64,000 nucleotides of DNA, taken from contig JAGQMN010000002.1 of assembly GCA_020428645.1 (NCBI GenBank), forward strand, positions 36 to 64,035. The letters run 5' to 3'. The notes beneath the pieces were generated by a model. The model was given only the letters and a program-made list of their open reading frames with translations. It was not told where the DNA came from and searched no databases. The stretch is from Patescibacteria group bacterium. Lineage in GTDB: Bacteria > Patescibacteriota > Minisyncoccia > Phycocordibacterales > UBA1006. The position numbers and the translations under genes were made by a program. Positions 1-12,201 of this stretch are shown here, piece by piece (position 1 is the stretch's first letter; each line of letters opens with the position of its first letter).

Positions 1-1962
<1,962 letters not shown>

Positions 1963-1985
<23 letters not shown>

Positions 1986-3018
1986 CTTCGTGAATTAATA
2001 CTTCTTTGTAATCATCAATACGATCGAGCACCAAACCAGTTCCTACAACAACTGAATACAATGGATCATCAGCTACGTACACGGGAATATCGAGTTCGTG
2101 TTCAAGGAGTTCATCAAGACCACCAATGAGGGCTCCCCCACCAACGAGGTAGATACCCCGTTGCATGACATCGGAAACAATTTCAGGTGGTGTACGTTCG
2201 AGTACCTCTTTGACGCCATCAACGAGTGTTTCAATTGAGTGTGCAATAGCTTCACGAATGTCGTGGTTGTTCACTAAAATCTGACGTGGCAGACCAGTGA
2301 TGATATCACGTCCACGAATTTCTGATTCGAGGCGTTCGTGATCACTGATTGCACCAATTTTAATTTTGATGTCTTCTGCGGTCTTTTCACCAACGAGGAG
2401 TTTAAACTCATCACGGAGGTACGAGATGATATCTTGATTCAATCGGTCACCAGCAATTTTCAGATTCTTTGATTGCACAACACCTGCAAGCGAAATCACC
2501 GCGATATCAGTCGTACCACCACCAATATCAATAACCATTGACCCCAACGGTTCGAGTACGGGTAGCCCAAGACCTACGGCTGCAGCCATTGGTTCCTCGA
2601 TGATGTACACTTCGCGAGCTCCCGCATTGTGAGCTGCATCGTAGACGGCACGATGTTCAACATTCGTAATACCTGATGGTACTCCAACAATAACCCGTGG
2701 ACGAAAAAATTTCTTTGATTTAGATTCTGCTTTTCGGATGAGGTACGAGAGCATTTCTTCGGTAACATCAAAATCAGAAATCACTCCATCAACGAGTGGA
2801 CGCACCACCTCGATGTGCCCTGGGTTTCGACCGAGCATTTCTTTTGCCTCAGCACCAACAGCGACGACACGATTGGTTTTGGTATTCATAGCAACGACTG
2901 ATGGTTCATTGATTAAAACACCTTGCCCTTTCACGTGGACAAGCGTATTTGCCGTTCCTAAATCGATACCAATATCATTTGAAAAACGATTATACAGTTG
3001 TTGCATGAGTGTGTTCAT
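1963..3018 (-). CDS. mreB: rod shape-determining actin-like protein MreB
   Basis: DIGIDLGTANTLVHVKG, DIGGGTTD and YLVGGGA actin-fold motifs. I chose the internal ATG at 3018 (MNTLMQQLYNRF). The 58-codon extension in the track would overlap proS. Confidence 0.92.
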
Positions 3019-3043
3019 AATTTCACTAAGATAGTACGTGTGT

Positions 3044-4297
3044 TTACCCTTCGGTAAAGTACGCGATGAGACGTGCCGGGTCAACAAATTCGACATCTCC
3101 TGTGGCACGTTTGGTGATTTCAACACCACCTTTTTCAGCAGATTTTTCCGATACGACAATGCGGTATGGCATACCCATGAGGTCAGCATCATTCAACTTT
3201 TGACCAGGACCGAGGTCTCGATCATCAAACAGTACCTCAATACCCGCATTCTCTAAATCATGGTACAAGCTCTCGGCTTCGCGAAAAATATTTTCGTTGT
3301 TACCAAAGGTAAGAAGGTGGATCGTAAACGGTGCGATTTCTTCCGGCCATACAATACCCTTGTCATCAGCGAGGTTTTCAACAATGACACCCATTACACG
3401 TGTAATGCCAATACCATATGAACCAAGATACACAGGAATCTGTTTTCCTTCTTCACTGGTTACCAACAAATTCATATCCGCACATTTTTGAGTTCCAAAA
3501 TTAAAAATATTTCCTACTTCGGCAGTTGTTACTTTTTCAAGTTCACCTGCGGTAACCCCTAATTTTTTCAAGGTGTCATCGTTGTACACTTCATCATTAA
3601 TAGCAATTCCTTTTTCACGATTAATGTAAATTTCATCTTCACCGGTATCACAAATCGTTTGAAATTCATGGCTAAATTCAGTAAACGCTCCACCTCCTGC
3701 AAAGGTAATAAACGTATCATTACCGATACCTAAGCGATCGTAGCAGCGCTGGTATGCCTGAATAGTTTTTTGGTAGAAATCTTCATGGTGTTCTGCATCC
3801 AAAGAAAATGAATACATATCTTTCATGATAAATTCTCGTCCACGCATCATTCCCGCTTTTGCACGTAGTTCATTTCTAAATTTATTTTGAAACTGATACA
3901 CGTATGCGGGAAGATCTTTATATGAAGAGAGGTGGCTCTTCATCATTTCAGTAATTGGTTCTTCGTGTGACCAACCAAACCCTACCTCACCACCAGCGTT
4001 CAAAGTTGACTTAAACCATACATCTACAACATCATCATCCCAGCGTTTCGTTGCTGTCCATACATCCTTTGATTGTAGGCTCGACATAATGAATTCTTGA
4101 CCACCAATCGCATTCATTTCTTGGCGTACAATTTCTTTGATATTTTCAACAACCTTACTACCAAGTGGCAACAGATCGTACACACCAGCCATCTCCTTGT
4201 GAATATATCCAGCACGTATCAAAAGCTGTGCATTCTTTGATGTTTCATCACTCGGTGCTTCTTTACGAGTTTTGGTGAACAACTTGGACTGTTTCAT
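3044..4297 (-). CDS. proS: prolyl-tRNA synthetase, short bacterial-type form without the INS editing domain
   Basis: 417 aa with class II motifs (FRNELRAKAGMMRGREFIMKD, GSYGIGITR) and a C-terminal anticodon-binding domain. Its length leaves no room for the INS insertion. Confidence 0.88.
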   Translation of the reverse strand: MKQSKLFTKTRKEAPSDETSKNAQLLIRAGYIHKEMAGVYDLLPLGSKVVENIKEIVRQEMNAIGGQEFIMSSLQSKDVWTATKRWDDDVVDVWFKSTLNAGGEVGFGWSHEEPITEMMKSHLSSYKDLPAYVYQFQNKFRNELRAKAGMMRGREFIMKDMYSFSLDAEHHEDFYQKTIQAYQRCYDRLGIGNDTFITFAGGGAFTEFSHEFQTICDTGEDEIYINREKGIAINDEVYNDDTLKKLGVTAGELEKVTTAEVGNIFNFGTQKCADMNLLVTSEEGKQIPVYLGSYGIGITRVMGVIVENLADDKGIVWPEEIAPFTIHLLTFGNNENIFREAESLYHDLENAGIEVLFDDRDLGPGQKLNDADLMGMPYRIVVSEKSAEKGGVEITKRATGDVEFVDPARLIAYFTEG

Positions 4298-4514
4298 ATT
4301 CTGTATACTACGCGAAAGCCTGTATATTTCAATAGAACTAGGGGTTGTAAAAATAGCTATTATCAGTAATATACTTCCTGTAAAAACTTGTGGAATGAGA
4401 CCATACAGATCCCGTTGCCCGTTGTATTCCCTCGCCTTCGAATGCGAGATGAAACGGTAGCTCCATTATTCGTTATCGCTACTGTGCAAGTTTTACTAAT
4501 TAATTATTTATACA

Positions 4515-5192
4515 ATGTCAAACGTAAACGAAACACTCGTGAACGAACTCTTTGAAGCAGGTTGTTACGTTGGGTACTCAAAAACACGGCGACACCCTTC
4601 AGCACAACAATTTATTTTTGAGTCACGAAAGAAGAAAGATATCATCGACCTTGAAATGACTGCACGCCAGCTTGAGTCTGCACTCACATTTCTTAAGGAT
4701 CTTCAGGGAACTGATAAACAGGTGCTCTTTGTAGGAACAAAACCTGAGGCACGCCGACTCGTGCGCGAAGCAGCTGAACTCATTGATATGCCGTTCGTGA
4801 CTGAACGATGGCTCGGAGGAACACTTACCAACAACGCTGAAATTAAAAAGCGTGTAGAGCGACTTGCGACTCTCAGCGATCAAGCTGCGAAGGGAGAGCT
4901 CGTTGCTGCAAACAAGCGTGAAAAACTCATGCTTGAACGCGAAATTGAACGATTAGAAGTAAAATTTGGTGGTATTAAAACTATGAAGAAAACGCCAGCA
5001 GCACTCTTTATTGTTGATCCACAAAAAGAAGATATCGCGGTGACCGAAGCACGACAGATGAACATTCCAGTAATTGCACTCGCGAACACTGATTGTGATA
5101 TATCAATTCTCACCTATCCGATTGTTGCAAACGATACGAACGTGTCATCAATTGCCTTGATTACCAAGAAAGTAGCGGACGCACTTAAATAA
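4515..5192 (+). CDS. rpsB: 30S ribosomal protein S2
   Basis: 225 aa containing HFGHQTRR-like YVGYSKTRRHP, VLFVGTK and ERWLGGTLTN. Followed by tsf. Confidence 0.95.
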   Translation: MSNVNETLVNELFEAGCYVGYSKTRRHPSAQQFIFESRKKKDIIDLEMTARQLESALTFLKDLQGTDKQVLFVGTKPEARRLVREAAELIDMPFVTERWLGGTLTNNAEIKKRVERLATLSDQAAKGELVAANKREKLMLEREIERLEVKFGGIKTMKKTPAALFIVDPQKEDIAVTEARQMNIPVIALANTDCDISILTYPIVANDTNVSSIALITKKVADALK

Positions 5193-5201
5193 AATATACA
5201 T

Positions 5202-5654
5202 ATGGAAATTTCAGTAGAACAAATCAAAGCACTGCGTGAAGAAACTGGTGTATCAATTGGAAAATGTAAGGAAGCACTCACCGAGGCAAGTGGTGATATG
5301 GAAAAGGCACGAGAACTCTTGCGAGACATCTCAGCAAAAGCAGCAGCAAAAAAAGCAGATCGCGAATTGGGGGCTGGTGTTGTTGCATCGTACATTCACT
5401 CAAACAATACTATTGGCGTACTCATCAAGTTAGCGTGTGAAACCGATTATGTAGCGAAAAACGATGACTTTATGACGTTAGCAAACGATATCGCTATGCA
5501 CATTGCAGCCATGGGAACTGAATCAATTGAGGAACTTCTCGAACAACCATTTGTAAAAAATCCTGATGTTACCATTATGAAGCTCATCGAAGAGGCAACA
5601 TTGAAAATTGGTGAACGTATTGAGGTTGCTGAGTTTGTACGCTACACGGTATAA
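5202..5654 (+). CDS. tsf: elongation factor Ts, minimal 150-aa form
   Basis: N-terminal UBA-like motif (IKALREETGVSIGKCKEALTEASGDMEKA) and core motif (ASYIHSNNTIGVLIKLACETDYVAKN). In the conserved rpsB-tsf arrangement. Confidence 0.9.
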   Translation: MEISVEQIKALREETGVSIGKCKEALTEASGDMEKARELLRDISAKAAAKKADRELGAGVVASYIHSNNTIGVLIKLACETDYVAKNDDFMTLANDIAMHIAAMGTESIEELLEQPFVKNPDVTIMKLIEEATLKIGERIEVAEFVRYTV

Positions 5655-5662
5655 TCAGCACT

Positions 5663-6001
5663 ATGGTCTTTACCTACCTCTTACTCATATCAGTTATTGG
5701 ATTCGCTCTCGTCGTATTCCTCGAACATAAGAAATCAGGAAAAACATTGAGACAAGTAATACGCACCCTCGTACATTTCAATGGAACACGATACGAACAG
5801 TATATGCGTGACGCTCATGCAGTATCAAAGCGTGTTACGAACCGAGCACTCAGAACTGGTAAGAACAAGGTACACCATGTACATTCACACATGAAACAAC
5901 ACGGGAACAGTATGCGATCATTGGTACGAAAAAAATTACATCCTGAAACCGTAGCACAAGAAACGTCTCTGTTCATGAAGAGTATTAGTGATAAAGAGTA
6001 A
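5663..6001 (+). CDS. hypothetical small membrane protein, basic C-terminus
   Basis: 112-aa ORF with one N-terminal hydrophobic helix. No recognisable family. Confidence 0.4.
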   Translation: MVFTYLLLISVIGFALVVFLEHKKSGKTLRQVIRTLVHFNGTRYEQYMRDAHAVSKRVTNRALRTGKNKVHHVHSHMKQHGNSMRSLVRKKLHPETVAQETSLFMKSISDKE

Positions 6002-6011
6002 CGTTTTCTAC

Positions 6012-6080
6012 GCCACCTTAGCTCAGTTGGTAGAGGCGAGGGGTGACTGAATGTCACGCCGAGCAGTTTTGTAAACGTGC
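6012..6080 (+). pseudogene. decayed tRNA-Thr copy (5' acceptor and D arm intact, anticodon loop recognisable, no T arm)
   Basis: 6012-6035 is a perfect 24-nt copy of the first 24 nt of the tRNA at 6146. 6063-6080 keeps GTTTTGTAAAC of the anticodon loop, but the stem no longer pairs. No GTTCGA T-arm follows. Confidence 0.6.
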
Positions 6081-6145
6081 GCGAGCACAACAAAACCGTT
6101 GCCAAACTAACGAGCTAGGGTATGCTGTAGCCGTTAGGCTACAAT

Positions 6146-6221
6146 GCCACCTTAGCTCAGTTGGTAGAGCAACGGTTTTGTAAACCGTCGGTCGTCGGTT
6201 CGAGTCCGACAGGTGGCTCCA
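6146..6221 (+). tRNA. tRNA-Thr (anticodon UGU), CCA encoded
   Basis: Manual cloverleaf. Acceptor GCCACCT/AGGTGGC; D arm GCTCAGTTGGTAGAGC; anticodon stem ACGGT/ACCGT with loop TTTGTAA (TGT at 6179-6181); T arm GTCGGTTCGAGTCCGAC; 3' TCCA. Confidence 0.9.
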
Positions 6222-6232
6222 AAAAAATAACA

Positions 6233-6850
6233 TTAAGTGTTATTTTTTTCTGAAAGAAATGTCTCATCCATAACCTTCACCAAATAACGCCGTTGTTCTT
6301 TCGAGAGAGCAAGGATAAATTTAATGTGCGCCCATGGTCTTTTTTCTAATTGTTCCCTAATTTCTTGTTCACCAAAAAACAACTCCCCCAAATCAGTGAG
6401 TACTACTTCCCCATCTAATATTCCAAAGTTTTTGAGGAAATTAAAGCTTTTATCAATAAATCCCTGTTCATACAAATAATAGGTAAGGCGAGCATAATCA
6501 TCTACGAGTTCCTCAAATTTCTCTTTTGAAAGATTTTCAACATACCGATACACAGGTATCGCTCTTGATTGATAATATGCTCCCGATGATTCAATAACCG
6601 GATGAGCGAGGTATTTTGATAAGTGGATATAGTTTGCAATGACTCGCAATGATGCGAGTTGTCGCTGCTGAACAATTCTTCGCCACCGATGGAGTTTTAA
6701 GGGTTGCAATATAAGCGGAGGAAAATCTTTCAGAATTGTCATGCACACAAAAAAATAACTGGTATGTGGTTTTTTATAGACATAATGCGTACCATATTCA
6801 TACACAGCAACTTGCCATCCATGGCCGATGCGCTTCATACACTTATTCAT
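6233..6850 (-). CDS. hypothetical protein (possibly a small kinase-like fold)
   Basis: 205-aa ORF. Only weak cues such as VLTDLGELF. No confident family. Confidence 0.4.
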   Translation of the reverse strand: MNKCMKRIGHGWQVAVYEYGTHYVYKKPHTSYFFVCMTILKDFPPLILQPLKLHRWRRIVQQRQLASLRVIANYIHLSKYLAHPVIESSGAYYQSRAIPVYRYVENLSKEKFEELVDDYARLTYYLYEQGFIDKSFNFLKNFGILDGEVVLTDLGELFFGEQEIREQLEKRPWAHIKFILALSKEQRRYLVKVMDETFLSEKNNT

Positions 6851-7682
6851 CGAGTGAGAACTCGTTCGTTACTGGATCAAAGACGAGACGTAGTACCATA
6901 TCAGTATCGCTACCACTAATCGTGTAGGTGTATACTTCACTCATTACGTTTGTATTCTCAATATCCTTTGATTGCACACCATCGTACTCAGGAAGTGAGA
7001 GAATGTAGTTACGTCCTTCGTCGATACGATCCTGCAACACCTGTGCTGCGACAATCTCTGGAAGTAATGCCTCAAGATTATCCAAGGTCTGGAATGATTG
7101 GTAGACCTTGTTGTTAATAATCAAAGTTGGGTAGACTGCATCAAAATCATAGAGTCCAGCAAACGTATCAATCACCGAGAAATCAAGGTCAGTATCGAAA
7201 GAATAAATGCGAATTTCTGGGTACCGTTTTTTAAACTCAGTAAGAACGTATCCCTGTTTGATACAATCCTCACACTCAGTTGCATAAAAGTAGAGAATCG
7301 CATCAATGTGGGTACCACACTTATCAGCAATTTCCTGCATGAGGAGGTAATCCTTTACCTGAAGCAGTGAATAATATTTTTTCAACTGCTGTACATCTGG
7401 GTCATCAGCACCTTGGGATTGTGCGAATTCAAGTTTCTGCCCAAATTCACCGAGCTCACGAGAGAGCACGCTTCCTTTTTCAAGCACTTCACACGGTGCG
7501 GTTTTTAACAGGTCAAACTGTGTTTCAGTTGCAATGAGGTCAGCGGTAATACTCTGTTGGAGGTCTTCAATTGATGCAATGCGTCGATTGTTAATGGTAT
7601 TTACGAGGGTAAACACTACAAAAAACACACCCATGGTAATTAAGAGTACAACAAGGTATTTTTGATAATCAGTTCTTTTCAT
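6843..7682 (-). CDS. membrane-anchored thioredoxin-fold protein with a CxxC motif
   Basis: 279 aa with an N-terminal TM helix and a CEDC motif in the context FYATECEDCIKQGYVLTEFKKRYPEIRIYSFD. Confidence 0.5.
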   Translation of the reverse strand: MKRTDYQKYLVVLLITMGVFFVVFTLVNTINNRRIASIEDLQQSITADLIATETQFDLLKTAPCEVLEKGSVLSRELGEFGQKLEFAQSQGADDPDVQQLKKYYSLLQVKDYLLMQEIADKCGTHIDAILYFYATECEDCIKQGYVLTEFKKRYPEIRIYSFDTDLDFSVIDTFAGLYDFDAVYPTLIINNKVYQSFQTLDNLEALLPEIVAAQVLQDRIDEGRNYILSLPEYDGVQSKDIENTNVMSEVYTYTISGSDTDMVLRLVFDPVTNEFSLDE

Positions 7683-7731
7683 ATACCAACTATTCTAACC
7701 AGTCAGTGCAAAAAAACAAATGCTCGGTTCT

Positions 7732-8967
7732 CTAGCGCCATGTTCCTTTTCGCGACACTAGTGCATTGTACGTTGATTGCAACAGCCATAGTGGAGCAAT
7801 GAACGTGTACATGAAAAACATGTAGAAAATATCAATGGTAAACTTGCGTCGATCACCAACCAGTTCACGTCCGATCCAAATCGTCATGATAGATATAAAT
7901 ACTCCAACAACAGCGAGTAACTGTACCTGACTGACACCCACAAAAAACCAATCAACATTCCACGACCACGTTGGATTCCAACCTACAACAGAAACTTTTT
8001 GATACCATTTCCACAACGGAACAAACAACAACCATACAGACAAAGGGAACAAAATTACACTAATGAAAATGCGGAAAATACCTACTGGTAATACGATGAG
8101 TCCGAGGTGCTGATACCTTTTTTTGAAGAGAAGTCCACGATAATCAAACATATTCTTCAAAAATCCATACGTCCAGCGTACACGTTGTTTAATGAGCGGT
8201 TTGGTTGTTTTTGGACCAACAGTGTACACGATTGAATTATCACTGTAGGCAATTTTATACCCGTGCACCTGCATACGCAGTGCAATTTCTGCGTCTTCGG
8301 TATGATGGGCTTCTTGGTACGGTCCTAACGTATCAAAGACGTATTTCCGAAACACCGAGAATGGACCTGGGGTAATGTAGATAGAGTTCAGGTTCGCAAA
8401 GCTCTTTCGCGCAAAAAGACCAATATCGTACTCTGCCTTTTGGGCACGTCGCATAGGTGAATCGGGATCAGCAATAACCATTGATGGGATGGTTGCCATG
8501 ACTTCAGGATCGGCAAAGAACTCCATATAGTTCTTGAGTGCCTGTGGTTCAACCCACGAATCTGCATCGAGCACCCCAACCAACTCAGTGTTCACGTGAT
8601 CAAGGGCGTAATTTAATGCTGCAAACTTTGATCCCTCGTTCTGTTTTTGGTAGAGACGAATGCGCGGATCATTCACAAACTGTTGAATCACCTGCCACGT
8701 GGTATCAGTTGAACCGTCATCAATGATCATGATAATGAGTTTGTCTTTGGGATAATCGAGCGCCAAGAGTGAATTAATCGTTCGGACAACAGTGGATTCC
8801 TCGTTGTAACATGGCACAATGATCGTCGTTGTTAACAGGTCATATTCTTTTGTATCGGTATCTGATGATCCATCGACTTTCTTTTCAAAAAAACTTACGA
8901 GGAGGAAAATTTGAAAGTAGAGGCTGATAAACAGAAACACGTAAAAAACGTACTCCATAGGTATCAC
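7732..8967 (-). CDS. family 2 glycosyltransferase, membrane-integrated processive type
   Basis: IIVPCYNEE, IMIIDDGSTD, VLDADS and QRVRWTYG (the Q-x-x-RW motif), with flanking TM helices as in NodC/IcaA/PgaC-like synthases. Confidence 0.85.
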   Translation of the reverse strand: MIPMEYVFYVFLFISLYFQIFLLVSFFEKKVDGSSDTDTKEYDLLTTTIIVPCYNEESTVVRTINSLLALDYPKDKLIIMIIDDGSTDTTWQVIQQFVNDPRIRLYQKQNEGSKFAALNYALDHVNTELVGVLDADSWVEPQALKNYMEFFADPEVMATIPSMVIADPDSPMRRAQKAEYDIGLFARKSFANLNSIYITPGPFSVFRKYVFDTLGPYQEAHHTEDAEIALRMQVHGYKIAYSDNSIVYTVGPKTTKPLIKQRVRWTYGFLKNMFDYRGLLFKKRYQHLGLIVLPVGIFRIFISVILFPLSVWLLFVPLWKWYQKVSVVGWNPTWSWNVDWFFVGVSQVQLLAVVGVFISIMTIWIGRELVGDRRKFTIDIFYMFFMYTFIAPLWLLQSTYNALVSRKGTWR

Positions 8968-9009
8968 CAGCTTACCTGAGTCGGGTTTTTTTTCAAATCA
9001 TGTGTAGCT

Positions 9010-9699
9010 CTATAGGGTATTCTTTCGCGAGCTCATATATTTCATTACGAGAAGCACCAATGCGAGAACAACCAGAATACCAATCGTCAATGGAATTGAG
9101 TGAATTTTTGCACTGTAGCCTAACAATGTGACGAGTACGTTTACAAAGAAAATAGCAATCATCCACGAACGGATGTACACACGAAACGGTACTCCCGACA
9201 TACCCGCTACGTACCCGGTAAAGTTTGATGTTCCCACAGGTACCAGCCCAAGAAGAAAAATGTGAAATGGTTTCAGATACCCGCCATACTTTTCAACGAT
9301 ACGCCTGACCTTTGGAAACTTTGCCATGAGGTACTGTTTACCAAGTTTTTTTCCAATAAAGAAATTTCCCGTTCCGCCAATAAATTCACCGAGAATGTTT
9401 AAAAAAATAGCTACCAATGGATGGAACAAGTACCCGCCGATGAGTGCAATGGTTGAACTCGTAATGGGACCGAGCACCGCCACCACTACCAGTGCGAGGT
9501 ACACCAACCATGAAAACACACCTGCGCTCTTGATGAATGCCTCAATGCGTGCCTGCGAGAAGAGTGCACTGGTTTGGCGAATTTCAGCACTGAAATGGTA
9601 CAACACAAAAATAATAATTCCAAAAATAACAACATACTTTACGATGACCTGTGTTGATGGAAGGTACGTCGTCGTTTGTTTAGCATGTTTGTTGTTCAT
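9010..9699 (-). CDS. TVP38/TMEM64 (DedA-related) family membrane protein
   Basis: 229-aa multi-pass membrane protein with a family-typical central region (LIGGYLFHPLVAIFLNILGEFIGGTGNFFIGKKLGK). Confidence 0.7.
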   Translation of the reverse strand: MNNKHAKQTTTYLPSTQVIVKYVVIFGIIIFVLYHFSAEIRQTSALFSQARIEAFIKSAGVFSWLVYLALVVVAVLGPITSSTIALIGGYLFHPLVAIFLNILGEFIGGTGNFFIGKKLGKQYLMAKFPKVRRIVEKYGGYLKPFHIFLLGLVPVGTSNFTGYVAGMSGVPFRVYIRSWMIAIFFVNVLVTLLGYSAKIHSIPLTIGILVVLALVLLVMKYMSSRKNTL

Positions 9700-9728
9700 G
9701 AATGGTGTGTCTGAGAGAAAAACATCAA

Positions 9729-10178
9729 CTATTCGTTGATGAGTTTATTCACCTCTTCTTTGGCATCTTGGTGTGCCTTGCCGAGCATTGCTTCACCCTT
9801 ATCAATAGCAGCATCAATTGTGTCGTGTGCTTTGTCAGTCACCTCAGCTACTTTTTTGGCAATTTTCTTTGCATGTTTTTTGACGGCATTAGTGGTCTCA
9901 ACAATATCTTCGTCCATACGCTCTGCTTCGATGTGTTCTTCTTCAGCGAGTCTCTGCGGGAATACTCGTTTTACAATCAATACCGCAACAAAAACATAGA
10001 GGATTCCAAAGAACAGACTGCTAATAAATCCAAGTCCAATAATCCTAAGCAAGTACGCAAACACGTGCATATCGATGCCGAGAACGAGCCCAACTCCGGA
10101 GCTTGCAATATCAATCGCCACGAGTACCTTTACCCAATCAACCCAATTTTTTGTCTGTAATTCTTTCCAGTAATTCAT
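9729..10178 (-). CDS. hypothetical membrane protein
   Basis: 149 aa with two or three TM helices and an acidic/basic helical tail. Confidence 0.4.
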   Translation of the reverse strand: MNYWKELQTKNWVDWVKVLVAIDIASSGVGLVLGIDMHVFAYLLRIIGLGFISSLFFGILYVFVAVLIVKRVFPQRLAEEEHIEAERMDEDIVETTNAVKKHAKKIAKKVAEVTDKAHDTIDAAIDKGEAMLGKAHQDAKEEVNKLINE

Positions 10179-10219
10179 ACCGATATTATACCAAATAAAA
10201 TACCCTTTCGGGTACGTTG

Positions 10220-10591
10220 CTATTTTCCTCCCATGTTGTAGAAGAATTCTTCGTACACGATTTTACCATTAGCTACCTTGTAGACTGCCAATTCTGTCAT
10301 CTCTTCACGGTTACCTGATGGTTTGTGCGTGGTGTCCATGGTGATTGAAACCGAGAAGTAGTCGTCCGCGACAACGGGTTGGGACATGCTCGCGCTGTGT
10401 ACCTCGAAATTCTCGTGCCACCACTCGCCTTTTTTCATCACCTGCGCCATTCCTTCACACCGTGACATGTCATCGTTCCCTTCGTGTTCGACACTAATAA
10501 TATCCTGGCTGTACAGTTCCTCATACGGTTTTTCCATCTCCCCCGCGTTGAACATATCTACTAATTGATTTGCAATTTCTTGTGTGGTCAT
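10220..10591 (-). CDS. SnoaL-like / NTF2-fold protein
   Basis: 123 aa. Size and pattern (N-terminal helix, MDTTHKPSG...YKVANGKIVYEEFFYN) are typical of SnoaL-like domains. Confidence 0.55.
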   Translation of the reverse strand: MTTQEIANQLVDMFNAGEMEKPYEELYSQDIISVEHEGNDDMSRCEGMAQVMKKGEWWHENFEVHSASMSQPVVADDYFSVSITMDTTHKPSGNREEMTELAVYKVANGKIVYEEFFYNMGGK

Positions 10592-10720
10592 AACGGATCC
10601 ATTGTATCACACAGAGAATAATTTCAGGATTAAATTTTATAATTTGGAGGTTTTTAATTAAACATGATATAATATAAATATCCAGTTCATACTTTGTCAA
10701 ATAACTATAATAAAATCAGC

Positions 10721-11794
10721 TTAATAAAAGTAACTGTTATAAAAAACTGGGGGAAGTCTAAACCAAACCTTGTTCTTTAAATTTTTAGTAAAGCGATACT
10801 CATGTGCATGACACATCATCCCTTGGTATGAATGAAGTGATTGAAACACCTTTTCTTCACCAAGTCTACCAGATTGATACGCTTCTATACGAGCATTCAT
10901 ACAACGAATCAAGCGTTTACGTGTTTTTGTTCTTAAGATGCGGTAATGCGGCTTAACAACATAACCCAAGAAATCAATACCCTGATGTAAAGTACGTACG
11001 TTTACCTTGTGTTTATGCAACGAAAGGTGAAGTTTTTCTTGGAGAAACATTTTCACTTGTAAAAGTAATGTATCAAACTCATCTTTTGAATCAGAAAGAA
11101 TGATGAAATCATCGGTGTAACGTAAGTAGTGTTGAACCTTCAATTGATGTTTTATAAACTGGTCAAACTCATTCATATAGATATTGGCAAAAAGTTGGGA
11201 TGTTAAATTTCCAATCGGAATCCCCTGTCTGTGAAAGAGATCAGTTTGCGAAACATAGTAACTTCCGACAATATCTCGCACGAGATCCATAGTGGCAACA
11301 TCACGCACACGTTTTGTCATAATGGATAACAAAATTTGATGATCGACACTATCAAAAAATTTCTTGATATCACATTTGAGAGCAAAACATGGTTTCGTAT
11401 AGTTTTGACTCACTTTTCTCGCTAACTGTGCTAGCACTTCAACACCCTCATGATTCCCCTTCCCGATTTGGCATGAGAAAGAGGTAGCGATAAAAGTAGG
11501 TTCAAATATTGTACTCAACACACGAAACAAGGCATGATGTACAATTCGATCACGAACTGACGCTTTGGAAATGTAGCGTACTTTTGGATCACGTATATAA
11601 AAATTCGTGTACGAACCATGCTGGTAAATCTTCGCCTTTAATTCTCTATGTAATGCAAAGATATTTTCTTCAAGGTGACGTTCAAAAAACGCCACATCGG
11701 GTTTGCCACGTTTTCCTTTACTAAATTTTTCCCAAGAGAGAAAAAGGTTTTCAACCGAAATTATTTGACCATATAACTGCCTGTAAATTTTCAT
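10721..11794 (-). CDS. diversity-generating retroelement reverse transcriptase
   Basis: 357 aa with RT motifs, including the DGR-diagnostic IGNLTSQ ([I/L]GxxxSQ) and the catalytic RYTDDF. Adjacent to Avd and the TR/VR pair. Confidence 0.93.
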   Translation of the reverse strand: MKIYRQLYGQIISVENLFLSWEKFSKGKRGKPDVAFFERHLEENIFALHRELKAKIYQHGSYTNFYIRDPKVRYISKASVRDRIVHHALFRVLSTIFEPTFIATSFSCQIGKGNHEGVEVLAQLARKVSQNYTKPCFALKCDIKKFFDSVDHQILLSIMTKRVRDVATMDLVRDIVGSYYVSQTDLFHRQGIPIGNLTSQLFANIYMNEFDQFIKHQLKVQHYLRYTDDFIILSDSKDEFDTLLLQVKMFLQEKLHLSLHKHKVNVRTLHQGIDFLGYVVKPHYRILRTKTRKRLIRCMNARIEAYQSGRLGEEKVFQSLHSYQGMMCHAHEYRFTKNLKNKVWFRLPPVFYNSYFY

Positions 11795-12140
11795 GAATGA
11801 ATTCGATGTTCCTATACTTCAAAAATCGTATGACCTGTACAAACAACTTCATAGTTATCGAAGGTTGGTACCAAAACAAGATCGATACACACTCTTTGAA
11901 CGAGCTGATAATACCATGCTCGAGGTACTCTCTGGTATTTTTACAGCCAGCAATCAACCAAAAGTACAAAAATTAAAAACACTTGAAGAAGTAAGTAACA
12001 ACTTGAACCTTTTACGACTGTCAGTACGACTGATGAAAGACATAAAAGCGCTTGATAACAAGAAGTACCTCAACCTCCAATCAGACATTGAAGAAGTTGG
12101 GCGCATGCTTGGTGGTTGGATACGATCTTTAAAAGAATAA
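11793..12140 (+). CDS. avd: four-helix-bundle protein (23S rRNA IVS protein family), DGR accessory variability determinant
   Basis: 115 aa with family-typical VPKQDRYTLFERADNTMLEVL and EEVGRMLGGWIRSL. Lies between the RT and the TR but on the opposite strand. Its ATG overlaps the RT ATG (CATG at 11792-11795). Confidence 0.8.
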   Translation: MNEFDVPILQKSYDLYKQLHSYRRLVPKQDRYTLFERADNTMLEVLSGIFTASNQPKVQKLKTLEEVSNNLNLLRLSVRLMKDIKALDNKKYLNLQSDIEEVGRMLGGWIRSLKE

Positions 12141-12163
12141 AAGGGGTTACATATACGTAATAG

Positions 12164-12188
12164 AAAAGCACCATTTTGGTGCTTTTTT
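12164..12188. terminator. bidirectional intrinsic terminator between avd and the TR
   Basis: AAAAGCACC-ATTTT-GGTGCTTTTTT: a GC stem flanked by an A-run and a T-run. Confidence 0.7.
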
Positions 12189-12201
12189 AAATGGGTGGGT
12201 A

